Assembly (NCBI GenBank): GCA_905178155.1
Contig: CAJINV010000003.1
Location: forward strand, 10,855,367 to 10,919,366
Source: Amoebophrya sp. A120
Lineage: Eukaryota; Protista; Dinoflagellata
Length of the DNA: 64,000 nt
Direction: 5' to 3'
Position numbers and translations under genes: made by a program
Notes under the pieces: model-generated
Databases searched by the model: none
Seen by the model: only the letters and a program-made list of their open reading frames with translations
Told to the model about the DNA's origin: nothing
In this document: positions 13,201 through 24,005 of the stretch, one piece after another
Layout of the letters: each line of letters starts with the position of its first letter
Numbering within the stretch: the first letter of the stretch is position 1

Positions 13201-16200
13201 ACACTATTGCTTTCTGCGATGCAGATTTTGCAGGATGTTCTGTAAGTTTTCGATCCACGTCAGGAACAATCCTATATCGACGCGGAGTTCCCATCTGTTG
13301 GAAGTCGAAACGTCAATCGATTCGAGCTACGTCAACAATGGAAGCCGAGTATTGCGCGATGTATGACTGTGTAAGGATGACTATGGACCAAGGATATTTG
13401 AACTGGTTTTCAGAACAAGAGTCAGGATCTCTACCGTTGATCTTCAACGACAACAAGTCCGCGCTTGCGTTGAGTCAGACAACCGTAGCCACGAAAAGAT
13501 CCAAGCACATGAGTCTTCGACTACACCTAGTACGAGACTACGTAAAAGACTTGTGCTATGTAAACACGGATATCAATCTAGCGGATGGATTGACCAAACC
13601 ACTTCCAGGAGAGAAGTATATCCAAATCTTCAAAGCTCCCGCACGAAAAGCTAATGAAGTATTTGCGAAAGCCCACTTTGTTGACTTCAATAATCTCTAG
13701 GATTGATTGATGCGAATTTCACACAAAGTCATCTCATCTGATTCATTTCGATGATTTAATGTTCATTCGGAAGGGGGAATGTTAGGCAAGATATGAAATC
13801 CACCAGGATCATAAGCCAAGCAAATTCCCTACGACCTAAATTGAATGCTCATTGAAATCAGGCTCTAAATTTGTCGTTCAAATTTGGATCCAAAGTGAAG
13901 TCAGCATGTTCATACAAATGAACCAAGAATGAAGTTCATTCAAATCCCACACTGTAAGCTAGTGATGATCAACGATGGTTGATCGGATTTCTCATAAATT
14001 TAGGGTGATTAGAATAAATTTGAACTTTCATGTTTTACCCCCCTGACTGAGACGTCAAAATTTGTGTGTTGTCTGGAGCGCTAAATTTTTCCCCACAGGC
14101 TGTGACGATAGTCACCATAGATTGATTGCGACTAAGAAACACTGAATCCCACCTAGATTCTGCTTGACATCCAAGATGGCCAGTGTTCACACCGCCCGCG
14201 TTTCTTCGTCGTTGATTGTCTTCACACCGTGAAAATTCGGTTGACAGTTAGTCGTATACAAGCGGCACAGTGCCTCCACAGTAAAAAAATGCCTTTTCGA
14301 GTTGTCGTATCTGTTTTCAAAAAGATTCAATGCCAAACTTTCATCAGGACCTGACGGAAATTCTGAAATACGCGAAGTGTCCACCTGTGGGCATGCTGGG
14401 CAACACGAGCCCGATTCTTGCGGCGCACTCGGCCGCCATGGAAAGCGCATCGGCATCTATTCTCGGGGGCATGAATAGCCCCAATGCCTCCAACGCGTTG
14501 AAGGGAAACAAGAGGCATGCGTCCCCGGGAAAGGGCGTCGGAGGGGGCGGGGGACACAGCAATCGGATAAGCTACGGACCAGATGGAGACGAGAAGTACA
14601 TGGTGCAGAAGTACATCGAACGACCTTTGATCATCAACAACCGGAAATTCGACATCCGTCAGTGGGTCGTGGTCACTAGTTTTAACCCGAGCTTGCGTGT
14701 CTGGTTCTACCAGGATGCCTACCTTCGATTCGCGTCGCATCCCTACTCCACGAGCTCGATCGACGATAAGTTTGCGCACTTGACAAACAACGCAATCGTG
14801 AAGCACACCCCGGATAGCGGCTTCAATTATCCTGATCGCAAAAGTTGTAATATCGTCCCTGTTGTAGAAGGAGGAGGTGCTTGTACTTCTACCAGGAGGA
14901 CGAGGAGCAGCACAAGCATCACTGCGTGACAACGCAAGCCCAAGCTGCTTTCTGATCACCTGAATCTGTATGGCTGAGTCTGTTTTTTCCAATTAAAAAA
15001 GTATGAATATGCAGTTGCTACTTAAATTTTCTACCACATCTGCAGCGATACTTTTACTTTTGCCTTGCATAGGAAAGTGGATGATACTATGTGGCACTCG
15101 GACAAGTTTGCGAAATACCTGGCTAGCGAGAATATTCGTTGCCCCAGCAACACTTCCAGTTCGAGTTCTTCCTCCTCCTCCAGCGGGAATAATAGCACCA
15201 AGAGCACCAGTGGCACCAAACGACTGAACTGGAGCGACATCCAGCGCCAGATGAAGCGGCTAGTGTGGCTGAGTTTAAATTCAGCGAAGGACCGCGTTGT
15301 AGAGCGATCGCTCTCCTTCGAACTTTTCGGCTATGATTTCATGGTCGACGAGTGCGGTCACGTGTGGATTATCGAGTGCAACAGCAGCCCGGATCTCAGC
15401 TTTTCGACCTCGACCACCCGCGATTTGGTGTCGAAGATGATGCCAGACATGCTCAATGTGGTGCTGGAGGAGGAGAAAGTGGGCTCGGGCGAACCGTCCA
15501 AGAACAACAAAACCTGCGGCCGGTTCGTCCGCCTGGAGCCTGACTACTCGAAGTTGGTCTCGCCCAGATCCAGGTCCAACAGCAGTCCCTACGCGCAGAT
15601 GCAGCTCATTCCGCCCACGACCACCCTGTTCCCATTCTCCCCGCCACTGCAGCAGAACGGTGGCCGCAGCAGCGTTCCTTACGATAGTGCACAAGATGAA
15701 TCGTTCAACTCCCACTTCTTCCCTTGGGGCGTCATGGAAAATGTCTAATGGTGGATGCATGCGCCCTTGAATAAAAGTTGGACCTAGTCGTGCAGGCACT
15801 GCTCTACGTCGCATTACAGCCGTATTGATTTGGAAGCCGAAACATTAGTAGCATGTGTGAAGACCACAACTGTGCGTGGATTTTCATTTATCTTGTCATG
15901 ATTGAGATTGATAAACGGTAAGACCATACTACCATATAAGCATGCCCGTGAAATGCGGGGCACGGTGGAGGAACGGTTCTCTCTGCACTCGAATACTTGT
16001 AGCAGCGCGTTGATGACGATCAACGGCGCGGCTTACAGTCGCGATATTCTGGCAGCGGTGAATGGTAAGGGGCCGAGCAACAATGGCAGCAAGTCTGGCG
16101 GCGGGGGTGGCAGCAAAATGAACAAGACGACTGGATCTTTGTCTGCCGCACTGTTGGGTGGTTATGGTACTTCGGCTGGTATAAGTGGACTGACAAACTC

Positions 16201-17383
16201 GGCTGCTTTCTACACACCGATTTCTGCACACACGATCCACACCAAGACCGACCGAGAGATGATGGACAGCCTCCTGGTACCGCTCCGCGAACGCATGCTG
16301 CAAACGATGGGGCTATCCACAAAAAAAGGATCCATCCCCATCCAATTTCTCATGGCAAAACATCAACATGCATCAAAGTAGTCTGGTTTTGTCATGTAGA
16401 ACCAAAAAATGGATCGGGATGGGTTTTTTTTGTGGATAGGGGCCGATCGACCGAGGTAGCAAGGATGTTGGTGACAAACAAGACGCGGGGACGAACAAGA
16501 AGAAGAAGCGCAGCAGCGTCCTGCGCAGTCGCAGCTTGGTTTTGGAAGGCGAGCAAGGCACTGGCGGACCAGCAGCCACGAGAGTAAGCGGGACAGCAAA
16601 CGCCTCGGAAAACAAGCAACCTGAACAGCAAGCGTCTTCGAAGAAAAAAGGTAGTGCTAGTACTGGTCCTGCACCACCGGTACCCTCTAGTACTGGCGCA
16701 GCAGAGGGCCTCGACGGAAGTGGAGGTCCCTTAATACTGGGGGGTAGCGTATTCTCTGCAAAAATATTGTATTGACTCCTACAATGTGACAAGTCTGGCT
16801 TCCTACCAGATCTAGCATGGCAGCTTACATTTTTGTTCTAGAAAGAAAGCTAAGCATTTGCATGTGCGATTTTTAGGTATGGGATGCGATACAACTTTTG
16901 CAATGCATATAGCAGCGCAGCTGCTGGGGATTCGGCGGCAGTCACCACGGCCGAGGCCTTAGCCGGTGCAGGAAGTACCGTAGGCAACGACTATCGATTG
17001 CGTATTTGTCTCGGTCTGGAACGTTGCAAGACTTGTCGTGACGCTTGTCCGACATGGTTGTAGAGATTATCAAGCATGTTGCAAAAGAGCGCTGCCTTTT
17101 TTTTTATTATGCAAAGATGGACGGCCAAAACAGTAACATGCGGAATGCGCGATATAAAACTTTCCATGCTTAGCGGCCTATTGGAATATCTGTGTCATCC
17201 ACGGGCTGCGTCCAATAGCATGACAGCTTTCCAATAAACCCGGACACATTTACAATCCATAACAACCAGGGAGTAGCAGACTCGGAGCCAAATGCGAAGG
17301 AGGGTAATCCAAATCCTCCATCTGCATCTCTCCGCAGGCAAAGCTCGTCGGGCCTGACCAAAAAGAGCAAGCAAACGTCTTGA
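4201..17383 (+). CDS. Tubulin-tyrosine ligase-like protein, TTLL3/TTLL8 glycylase-like
   Basis: Spliced motifs: KLGWVENRDPNSPFCD, INFF..GGLTTKSGLLRNL, WILKPTNANRGRGI, YMVQKYIERPLIINNRKFDIRQWVVVTS, HLTNNAIVK, FELFGYDFMVD..WIIECNSSP. GT-AG introns 4600-4775 and 6460-14347 (the latter holds the LTR element), plus 8 TAT..ATA introns. Stop TGA at 17381-17383. Confidence 0.88.
5023..5288. mobile_element. Non-canonical inverted-repeat intron, family TATCAGAGTGCACAA
   Basis: Perfect GAAGC direct repeats. Inverted repeat gagtgcacaa..cctcattt / aaatgagg..ttgtgcactc. Removal gives EKLGWVEN. No GT-AG in any register. Confidence 0.85.
5340..5721. mobile_element. Non-canonical inverted-repeat intron, family TATGCATYGCAAA
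   Basis: tatgcatcgc...gcgatgcata termini, degenerate flanks GATTT/AACCT. Removal of element+5 gives PFCDLRYSL. Confidence 0.8.
5879..6035. mobile_element. Non-canonical inverted-repeat intron, family TATGCATYGCAAA
   Basis: Perfect CATGC direct repeats. Inverted repeat tatgcactgcaaagcaaatcgcact / agtgcgatacttttgcgatgcata. Contains an in-frame stop. Removal gives ERYMPNV. Confidence 0.85.
6853..7319 (+). repeat. 5' LTR
   Basis: TGTTAGGCAAG...GGTTGACA. About 9 substitutions against the 3' LTR, counted by eye. Confidence 0.97.
8193..9338 (+). CDS. gag: Retrotransposon Gag
   Basis: 381-aa ORF with copia Gag-like KQGEDETVEEHIDKL and CCHC zinc knuckle CSNCNSESHNAKDC. Confidence 0.9.
   Translation: MGALGDDHRPSTSGAVGMLYDAEHEGETGKDFQTFKGSVIAQAFSLNIGPQFKDDLEGKVCMDKWDEVDQLACDQWVADGKHENDFWPTYTTEVRSAYAKLYGTVFKSLTGKARSKAQDIQEEPGADACVVWLMLQIKEKSNPQTAGARRMLIKEYFNSKQGEDETVEEHIDKLKNFWNFKLGAKVTAEELRYHCIFGNMREEFDECNKRALANGFSFEETKNHMVEEERALSSNGETTKHRANLVRNKNSRNQHGPRPDHVQKNREKQMFSNMLKKEMPSLIQQAAANLIAQNPNLTQNHTAGGNDDSHAANYAGDSKWCSNCNSESHNAKDCWYKNGKSSNKSSNKSSGKGNNTNTVRKGNDKPKGGGKKGKGKKGRKC
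9339..13700 (+). CDS. pol: Retrotransposon Pol (protease, integrase, RT, RNase H)
   Basis: Protease ICDSGATSHM. HHCC HQRAGH..CPAC. Integrase DFTGP/RSDNAKEF/PQENGKVER. RT FDISNAF, LYGLK, YVDD. RNase H CDADFAG, EAEY, NLADGLTKPL. Open from the codon after the gag stop. Confidence 0.97.
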   Translation, partial: VLDGVSKKSSLLHKLQKVRKLFLRLTKTRCYNTNYSRCFSTKFLTKIPPQKNPPQKEQPPGDEPPVTTSHFEEDECAFDSKLDIFNPDLSSLIDMDDLFSDLEKNEDETCTNDAAGPTRQLKGKRKRAELELAEQFATPEMANMTQQVQALESTDREIRKILFPRSHVSDASKAERVEKCNLSQDAVFSIVAKESEQNHSPEYTARKLAHLYSVRESALRKVREANDAHRNKKDEQHRNHETAFNCVDDAICDSGATSHMSGRPEIFESWDDSNPVRITVADGKELDGPGYFGTLKPNALGCKRAIFHPFLPQTLLSVEQLKKEGYRVVFDEGGNYLQSRKTGKRIFLHKGIGTKLPAVALGFNEDPGEKGLLCEEIETESTMMTKAEKMLLDHQRAGHRSLPGIVVRCPACDLAKSKGAQHAKAKKECYKVEKFNDQVDFDFTGPWEPDYWSQRWVLNAIDQATSWPRSFICKSKAEAGAKLQVWINEEGPPKRVRSDNAKEFKEPGSTWKKTAQKQSPPIHTDYSAPYEPQENGKVERYNQTHQNGVRAMMVGVDKRMWSYAARTFSHIFARTPTAKGGESPFEKRFKRKPSIKYFRRFGCLVYAKDHSQKSKLEDRFTRGIFLGYAQENSTYLVGMWSADGRCKKSSKIRFGVHEVKCCKFDESVLVSKIDDLKPDADKLLIDFPNPARLGDSSQLVEPNVPAVDHDQSSRGQDAPRTDRSKDEEDADKRSSKEKETVENDEGKSFEGGEQPEEGGEENQNPNQDWLDLFSEEAPEKSPKQKKKAENGNRKRKSNTVDADEKENETQEAPRILVEGPTRKKLRKKGRGHDKKKRKERNDKGQSRGPRAKKRQKVNLVSSSDLLKDLPMEFEKEAEAIFQIRHELEEDETPYLFGLQHTWAKCLESPDAIKWIESDTKERLALEEANTWRHATAEDIKEMGDKLEIIPTVCIYTKKRDGRYKCRLVALGNRQKLSLQGEIYSPTVSHAANRYLLVEAAARGWKVRQFDISNAFVRAALGDEIVLCRLPKHNSWSKNKEKGDVVRLLKSLYGLKISPRRWYDEYSGRLKKLGWVVSEHEPGLFKKFAKDKQGKEQELWLAVYVDDNIISGEDDDLVAAEMNAILAEFPGKEILAEYDKEGNEIRDLLGAKLTFNAKKRVMKITCEDAIDKLLEKFHMKDCRAVVSPCLPNSHADLDSPSNSTFPIRSLVGGMLYISCVARPDIAFAVQRVATQVASPTDQTVKDAKRILAYLKGTKSQGLEYSKQQEKKFKEIYTKAAELENKEYRDTIAFCDADFAGCSVSFRSTSGTILYRRGVPICWKSKRQSIRATSTMEAEYCAMYDCVRMTMDQGYLNWFSEQESGSLPLIFNDNKSALALSQTTVATKRSKHMSLRLHLVRDYVKDLCYVNTDINLADGLTKPLPGEKYIQIFKAPARKANEVFAKAHFVDFNNL
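13769..13779 (+). other. Polypurine tract
   Basis: GGAAGGGGGAA immediately before the 3' LTR. Confidence 0.9.
13780..14246 (+). repeat. 3' LTR
   Basis: Direct repeat of 6853-7319. Confidence 0.97.
14828..15071. mobile_element. Degenerate inverted-repeat intron
   Basis: tatcctgatcgcaaaagt..atatcg / cgatactttt..ccttgcata. Element+5 joins the two TTL-domain frames. Flanks have diverged. Confidence 0.65.
15747..15936. mobile_element. Degenerate inverted-repeat intron
   Basis: aatggtggatg / catactaccata ends, internal TTGTCATGA. Removal deletes the stop at 15746-15748 and joins frames. Confidence 0.5.
16314..16438. mobile_element. Non-canonical inverted-repeat intron
   Basis: Perfect GGGGC direct repeats. 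~30-bp inverted repeat tatccacaaaaaaa..catcca / tggatcgggatggg..tgtggata. Internal TTTGTCATG. Confidence 0.88.
16750..16909. mobile_element. Non-canonical inverted-repeat intron, family TATGCATYGCAAA
   Basis: TAGCG/TAGCA flanks, ends cttttgcaatgcATA, frame restored. Confidence 0.75.
16992..17261. mobile_element. Non-canonical inverted-repeat intron
   Basis: ACGAC/ACAAC flanks, tatcgattg / caatccata ends, frame restored to the terminal exon. Confidence 0.7.
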
Positions 17384-18364
17384 CGTGGAGGAAGATAGAT
17401 TTGCTGTATCTCATGTTTACCGATCACTGTAAATGAGAAGCAATCGTCGATTTTTATTTTCGTACTATCAGTCGTCTGTTTCGTTTTCGATTAACTGTCG
17501 TATGCAATTATTTCATGGTGCTTCGGCTTTCGTAATATTTCACATCATTTTTTCGCTGATTTGTATATTTTCATCTTTTCAGAAGCAACACCCAGAAAGA
17601 ATACTGATTTTTGTAATTTGCGATGCTTTGGAAATAAATCAATCTTGTCTATAGTGTCAATTAATATCGTATGGCGTTGCAGGAGTGGGTAAAACTGCTC
17701 GGCCTTCAGGTTTCTAAATGCTGTATGGTTGAACAGTAAAAGAGTCTCCCGAATACAACGATTACCAACGCACTGTACACAAATTTTGATTGGACGTGTA
17801 TGATAGCTTGACTGCTCCTGCAGGGCCTGGCGCTTTGCGAAACAACTCACTACATGACGAGACGTGGAAACAGCACGCCGGACATCTGGTCCATCATGTC
17901 CATTGTTACACGCGCACGCCCGGTGTCCTGTAATCGAGATTCTGATTTGGTGTAACATACTGCTCTAGCTGCATCTGAGCCTACCACAGAGGGCATTCGG
18001 ATTTTGGTTGTAGATTAATCTTAGTGGGCAAGCAGCAATGCAGGAATGGAATTAGATTATCCATATCCATCACCATCGCACCAATGGGGACCACTTATCT
18101 ATCAGCGACAGAGAGAGAGAGTGAATACCGGCCGTAGCGCATGAGAAACAAGAGATTGATTGGCATGAGCGATGTTAGTGCAGCAGCACATTGGCAGGTT
18201 TAGAAAGATATTTTTCACTGGAAGCGCCAGGTTAGAACGACACAGACATGGGACCATGAGAGCAGTAGAACACGAGATCGAGCAGAGGTAGCACAAATTC
18301 GTCCTGCCCCCGGACGAGTACTTGGCGCCCCGGACGAGTTTCTCTCTGCAACAACAGGACCGAC

Positions 18365-21300
18365 ATGGCGGAAGAGGAGGATGCCGAGCTTGCTGCGATG
18401 GCGCGACTGCGCGGCGAGATCATTCGGCTCCAGTCCGAGCAGGCGCGCCGACGTGAGACGATCCGGCGCCAGGAGCAGAGGCACCAGGCGCTCCGGGAAG
18501 AACTCTATTCCAGAAAGGACGAGGCCTCGAAGCTTGCGAACATCATCGAATTTGAGGCCTCGAAGCTGGCCAATACGGCACTACAGCAGCAAAACGTCGA
18601 AGCCGCCCAAGCGCTGGAGAAACAGGAGGCGCTGAAGAAGAGCTGCGCCACGCTGCTCGACGAATTCATTCCGGGCGTGTACTCCCAAGCGGGCGAGAAG
18701 CTTGCCGCTCGCGCCGCAAAGCTCGCGAACGCCGGAAGCGCAAACGCCGACGACGACGAGGGCGAAAAGAAGGAAGCCTTCCACGACGTGGTGTGGATAA
18801 CCTACATCCGCCCGCTCACCGAGGATTTCAACTATCAAACCACCATGAAAATTTCCAAGGAGGCCGTGGTCCGCGAGATTCTCGAGGACGCCTGCGAGTA
18901 CTGGGGCTGTTCCGTCCGGGATAACAGCTTCTACAAGGGGGAAAAGGACCCCCGGCCGATCACGCAGCAGCGGATCAACATGACCTCCGCGATCGTGGCA
19001 CAGCGGGACCCGGAGACGAAGCTGACCCAGAAGGAGTCGCTGATGCAGAGCCTGGATCCGCTGGGAAACTGCGTCGCCCCCACGACCTTGGGTCTGGTCG
19101 ACCACATCCAGGTTGGGGACCGGTTTCTCGGCGTCCTGTTTGCCGAGGAGGGGAAGAAAATGCTCACCGACGCGGTGTCGGAGGTGGACGGGAAGCCGCT
19201 GACGGCGGAGCAGCTGATCGCTCGGACCGCGGAGGACGACCAACTGATTTTTCAGTTCGACGACAGCCGCCGGGTCGCGGAGGTATTGCCGCTGACGGAG
19301 ATCGCGCACATCTACCTCGTGCACGACGATGAGGCGCCCTCCTGGATTCAGCGCGTGCTGTCTGGGAAGCGGCGGGCCACGCCGGAGCAACTGCGGAAGC
19401 AGGCGGCCGCGGAGGACGTGAACCCGGCCGCGACCCGCGCGGCGGAGTACCCGACCTGCCTGGAGGCCGTGAAAGCCTGGCCCGGCCTGTTCGTGGAACT
19501 GACCAACGCGGCGCAGGGCACGATGAAAAAAAACTACATGATCAAGACGTTTTTGCGACAAACCAAGTGTAGGGACGTGATAGTGTACGGCTTTCTCTTT
19601 CTCTTCACGCTCCTATCCCTCTTCATGTCGCTGGAGCGCGAAAAGGGGTTTTGGGCGGTCGAAGGTTTGCGTCGGTGCCTCGTGGATTCCAGGGGCGCGT
19701 CCGCGGTGAATGAGCCCCTCTACCCCGTTAGTGCAGCATCCATGCGCCGGCGCCAGCTGGTCGAGATTGGCGAAAGTGGGGGCGAGGAGCAGATCATCTA
19801 CTCTGAGCGCGATGGACAGCGTCATCTTCGTGCAGGACCGGCGGACGAGGAACCACAGTACCAGGAAGGCAGAGCATTATCATCATCATCATCATCATCA
19901 GTCACGGCAGATGGACGCGACGACACTCCTCCAGCAGCGGGGGCGCCGTCTGCGATACCAGGGCCAGCGCCTGGTACTGGAGCTGCGAAAGCAGGGGAGG
20001 TTGACCAAGGAAGGGATCAGGATCTTCGTCACCTGCCGCAACATAGAACTACTCCCCTCCGTCGAGTGAACGAGCTGCAAGAACTCCAGCCGCGCTCAAA
20101 AGATGGCCCTCTGTCACCATACACGACCTCGAGCGGCTCGTATCTTGTGCAAACGTAATGTCGCACACGCACTGGTCATGGTATCTATGTATAAGGATAA
20201 CGGATTGATGCCGCCATGCCTATGTCTGATAGATCTGCCCGTCGAAGTGAATCTGCATGACCTTTCTTGTTCTGTGCTGTCGAAAATGTTTTTTAAGTGC
20301 AGCTATTGTATATGCAATGCACACAGTATCATGGAATTATGGATGGCTAGCTCTAGTGCGTAGCGATACTTTTTTTGCAATGTATAGCAGCAGTACCATC
20401 TCCAGTACAGCAGCGAGCTCCGGAGGAAGGCAGCGGCAGCGGGGTCTGACAGCAGCAGCAAAACCACCGTCGAAACCGCCCCTGGATTTGAGGTTTGTTC
20501 CCGCAACGGAGGTGAAGTCGGTGGAGGAGCTGTACGGGTGGCTCACGGGCACGGTCGCGAACCAGGTGTTTGGGCCGCGGTCGACGCTGTGGCAGGACTA
20601 CCAGCCCGCCTACCAGCTGATCATACGGCAGCACCGCGTTCGCTCCAAGGAGTGCGACCGCCCGGATTTTGTGGCCCTGGCCACGAAAGAGGGCAGCAAC
20701 ATCGTGTGCTACGAGCCCAAAGTGCAAACCGGGTTCACCACCCAGTTTGACATGGGAGCCCAGACAGACAACTTCATCCAGTTTTTCCTGGACCGCCAGA
20801 CCAGCAGCCGCAGCAACACGACCAGTGGCAATTCCGTATACTGGAACGCGGCTCCGGCCTCCTGGTCGTACACGGTCCGAGGGGTACACGACAGTTACGA
20901 CGGCGGAGGGTTCACCACCTACTTTGACCTGAAATCCGCGATGCCGGGTCCGGACTACAATGCCACCAAGTTGCAGCTGGCGAAGCTCGACTTTGTCGAG
21001 GTGATGACGTTCCTGCGACAACGTGACTACTTTGATGTGACCACCCGCGCAATTCTGGTCGAACTCACGGTGTATCACCCAATCCTGAAGATGTACGTGT
21101 CGCTCTCGGCGAACTTCGAGCTGAAGGCCTCGGGGGGCGTCACTGCCACCATTTTCCTGCAGCCCGCGACCCCCCGTGCGGACACGGGACCCAAGTACCC
21201 GACCCACAGCACGCTGCTCACCCTTGACCTGCTGCGCTTTCTGCTTTGCTTCTATATGAGAGTGCCAGGGCTACCGAAATCGACAAAGTTGCAATAAATC

Positions 21301-23190
21301 TGTAAACACACCATAATGCGCAAGACACAGAGCCCCTGTATAGCGAGGATGGTAAGCGGGGCCGATTGAAGTGGGGATAAAGAGAAAGCCGCGAAAAGTA
21401 GCATCCATGACAGTGGCAATCGTCGTCATTTGTGCATGTGCTCAAAAAGCATTACGGGATGGATTTCGATTCTACCAAAATTCGTCGCGCACCGCTGAGG
21501 AGTGATTTGGGGGCCAAATAACTGGTGCCGATGTTTTTATGCGTGGCGATTTTTTTCAACGTTGTCAATTTCGATCCTGACGCTTCAACATTCTACCTAG
21601 GCGGCGTAAAGCCTTATTTGCGGCTGCGCCACAGCATCTTCGACGAAGAGAGAGAGGGTTGGCAAGCCGTAATATTGACGTACGCAAACCTGATCGACTG
21701 CGTCCTCGTTGCCGCGCTGTGTGTGCTCTTCTTCGCACGCGGGAAGCACTCACTTCCCTCGCCCGCCGACGGCACGACGAACAAACTGCTGCCTGGTCAG
21801 TTTCTGCTGTTCGGGTTTTTCTACACCCAGATCGAGATTATGGAGGTCATCATCCTTTTTCTCTCCGGGCTGCAGTGCACACTGCTGCTGTCGCTGTGGA
21901 GCCGGTTTTTCATTTTCTGGAAGGTGATTCAGATGATGTGGAAGACCTATTTCTTCTACTTTCTGGTGATGTCGCCGCTTTTCTTCGGGTGCTGCGCCAT
22001 GGCAAGTGGCATCTACGGTGGCCACCTCGCAGAATTCCGAAGTTACACGGTCTCAGGGATCACTATGGATGTGTCAGAGTTGAAATCGACAAAGTTGAAA
22101 TAATTTGTCATGCATAAAATGGATGCCAGTTCGTTGGAACCCAGTTTCCAAGTGGCGCAAGACAAATTTCGGTGGTCCCTAAATCCACTTTGTCATGCTG
22201 TTTAGGCAAAGAAGGGCGACTTTCTCATGCTACTTTAGCAGCTCGAGCTGTAACCCCAAACAGGCTTACAATCGGACTCACTTGCCTGCTCTGCAACACA
22301 CGTACCGCGGGTCATGCATTTTATGCATTGCAAATTATTTCAACTTTGACGATTTCAAACCTGACGCTTCCATAATCACCATCGCGCTCGCGACGCTCGG
22401 CGACGTGCCGGATCTGCACGCGATGGCGCGCGTCGACTATGGCTGGACGATCATCCTGGTGCTGATCTATGTGTTCGGATTTATCCACGTCGCGATGAAC
22501 GGCTATAGCGCGATCACCACTTTGCTCTTTAGCGGAGCCTACACAAAATACGTCATGAAAAATAACAAACTTCTGAACGCGGCCTCTTCCTCCGAACAGC
22601 AGGCCCTGATGGATCAAGAAACCTACAATATGTGGACATCTTGGCCGTACGACCTGATTTTCCCTTCAGAGGACTACTACGACGATTTTTTGAAATTCGT
22701 CCTGCCAACGCCGTTGTACGTGAAGATCTCAGGGAAGCCACTATCCTGTGAAAAGAACGCTCCCACCCTGTTGTAGAAAGATATTTGTCGCGCAAAGTAT
22801 AATTTGCATCATGTTCATCAAACGAATGAAACGCATATGCATATCACGATTCTAGTCATGCGCAGTTCCACTTCCAGCTCCGCCATGAGAAACATTTTCA
22901 CGACTTTATTCCTATCTTGGGATTTGTCAACATGCTTATGCTCTCATTAGAATGAGGAAGCGGAACTTGAAGACCGCACCAAGTTGCTTGGAATTCTAAG
23001 GAGAGCAGACGAGCACTCGCAACTCGACTGCACTACGTAACCACGCCTAGTGCACTGAAGAGCCGAAGTTACCTCGCGCAACAGCCGAAATTTCTTGGCC
23101 TGTGTACTTGGCACATCTTCCATCTTGTGGACTACGGGCGGGTGGGACCGTTTTCAATCAGGACAGCCGCCAGTGGAGGAGGAAGACTAA
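18365..23190 (+). CDS. Polycystin-2/PKD-like cation channel protein
   Basis: N-terminal coiled coil, TM1 (VIVYGFLFLFTLLSLF), polycystin-domain motifs (ELYGWL, IRQHRV, YDGGGF, YFDVTTRAILVELTVY, FELKASGGV), further TM helices and pore-like YGGHLAEFRSY..LALATLGD. Four TAT..ATA-type introns. Ends KPPVEEED*. Confidence 0.85.
20141..20386. mobile_element. Inverted-repeat intron, family TATGCATYGCAAA
   Basis: GCTCG/GCAGC flanks. Inverted repeat tgcaaa..tcgcacacgcact / agtgcgtagcgata..ttgca. Frame-consistent. Confidence 0.75.
21255..21590. mobile_element. Non-canonical inverted-repeat intron, family ..GAAATCGACAAAGTTG
   Basis: Perfect TTCTA direct repeats, TAT..ACA ends. Removal gives LCFYLGGV. Confidence 0.82.
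22064..22374. mobile_element. Non-canonical inverted-repeat intron, family ..GAAATCGACAAAGTTG
   Basis: Perfect ATCAC direct repeats, ~57-bp inverted repeat with few mismatches. Removal gives SGITIALATLGD. Confidence 0.92.
22742..23165. mobile_element. Non-canonical inverted-repeat intron
   Basis: GCCAC/GCCGC flanks. tatcctgtgaaaagaacgctcccaccc / gggtgggaccgttttcaatcaggaca. Confidence 0.8.
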
Positions 23191-24005
23191 GAGTAGGCGG
23201 ATGCAGCTGTTGGCGTCCTCTTTTCCTGCAGATGTGTCTTCTTCAAGTAAGATCATGAATACCGCCTCGCGTGTTTTCTTTTCCTTGGCAGGCACAGAGT
23301 TGATTGAGACGCGCAAGGCAAAACCTGCTTTAGATAATTACGCCGAGCGTCATTGATGATGATCCACTTTCTTGTTCTATCTACCTCTACCTTCTGTGTC
23401 GTTTTCTTTTCATGAAGAACAAGAAGTAGATCCTGACGCTGAACACAGACCGCCGTGTGAGCGGTTTCTGCTCCAGTTCCAACAAGTTGTGACGTAAGCA
23501 AAAAGAGAAACTAAAAAATACGACCAAGTCTGTCTCGAAGACCACTGTCGCAGGCACCACGCAGCGCTGCGTGGTAATTGTATTAGTATAAGCTGCATGT
23601 GGCTTCCTTGCTCACAGCACACTTGTTGTCCTCCTGGAGTAGGATGATGTGTTTTGTTTTTATCGCTGTTTTTCCTCGCAGCGTGGCAGATATGCTTTGG
23701 ACGGTAGGGGCAGAAGTGTTGTCCTTTTCGATCCTCATCTCACTCTCCATTGCGTTGTTTCTTCATTTTCTTCCTGGCTGGTCTCCTCGGTCTAGATTTA
23801 ACTCCAAACCAATTTTATCGCTGTTTTTGTTCCCATCTCGAAAGGTCCAACTGCAACTGTTTTCATTGTAGTACGTACTAAGGATCATGTAGATATAGCT
23901 GCATTTTTATAAAATATCTTTAGAAACATAGTTCCAAGTGGGTTACGGTGAGTGAGAGAGTCGCTCCTGGGAGACGAGTTTTTCTTTGAGGGCAGGAGCA
24001 AAAAC

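Larger units (their letters stand above)
6853..14246 (+). mobile_element. Full-length Ty1/copia LTR retrotransposon inside a TTLL intron
   Basis: Two 467-bp TG..CA LTRs, 5-bp target duplication GTTAG (6848-6852 and 14247-14251), gag, then pol in PR-IN-RT-RH order, and a polypurine tract. Confidence 0.97.

Noticed and set aside
19877-19900. (ATC)n microsatellite
   Set aside because: Encodes a poly-Ser tract in the channel's low-complexity loop and is unrelated to the (GAT)n-tailed repeat.
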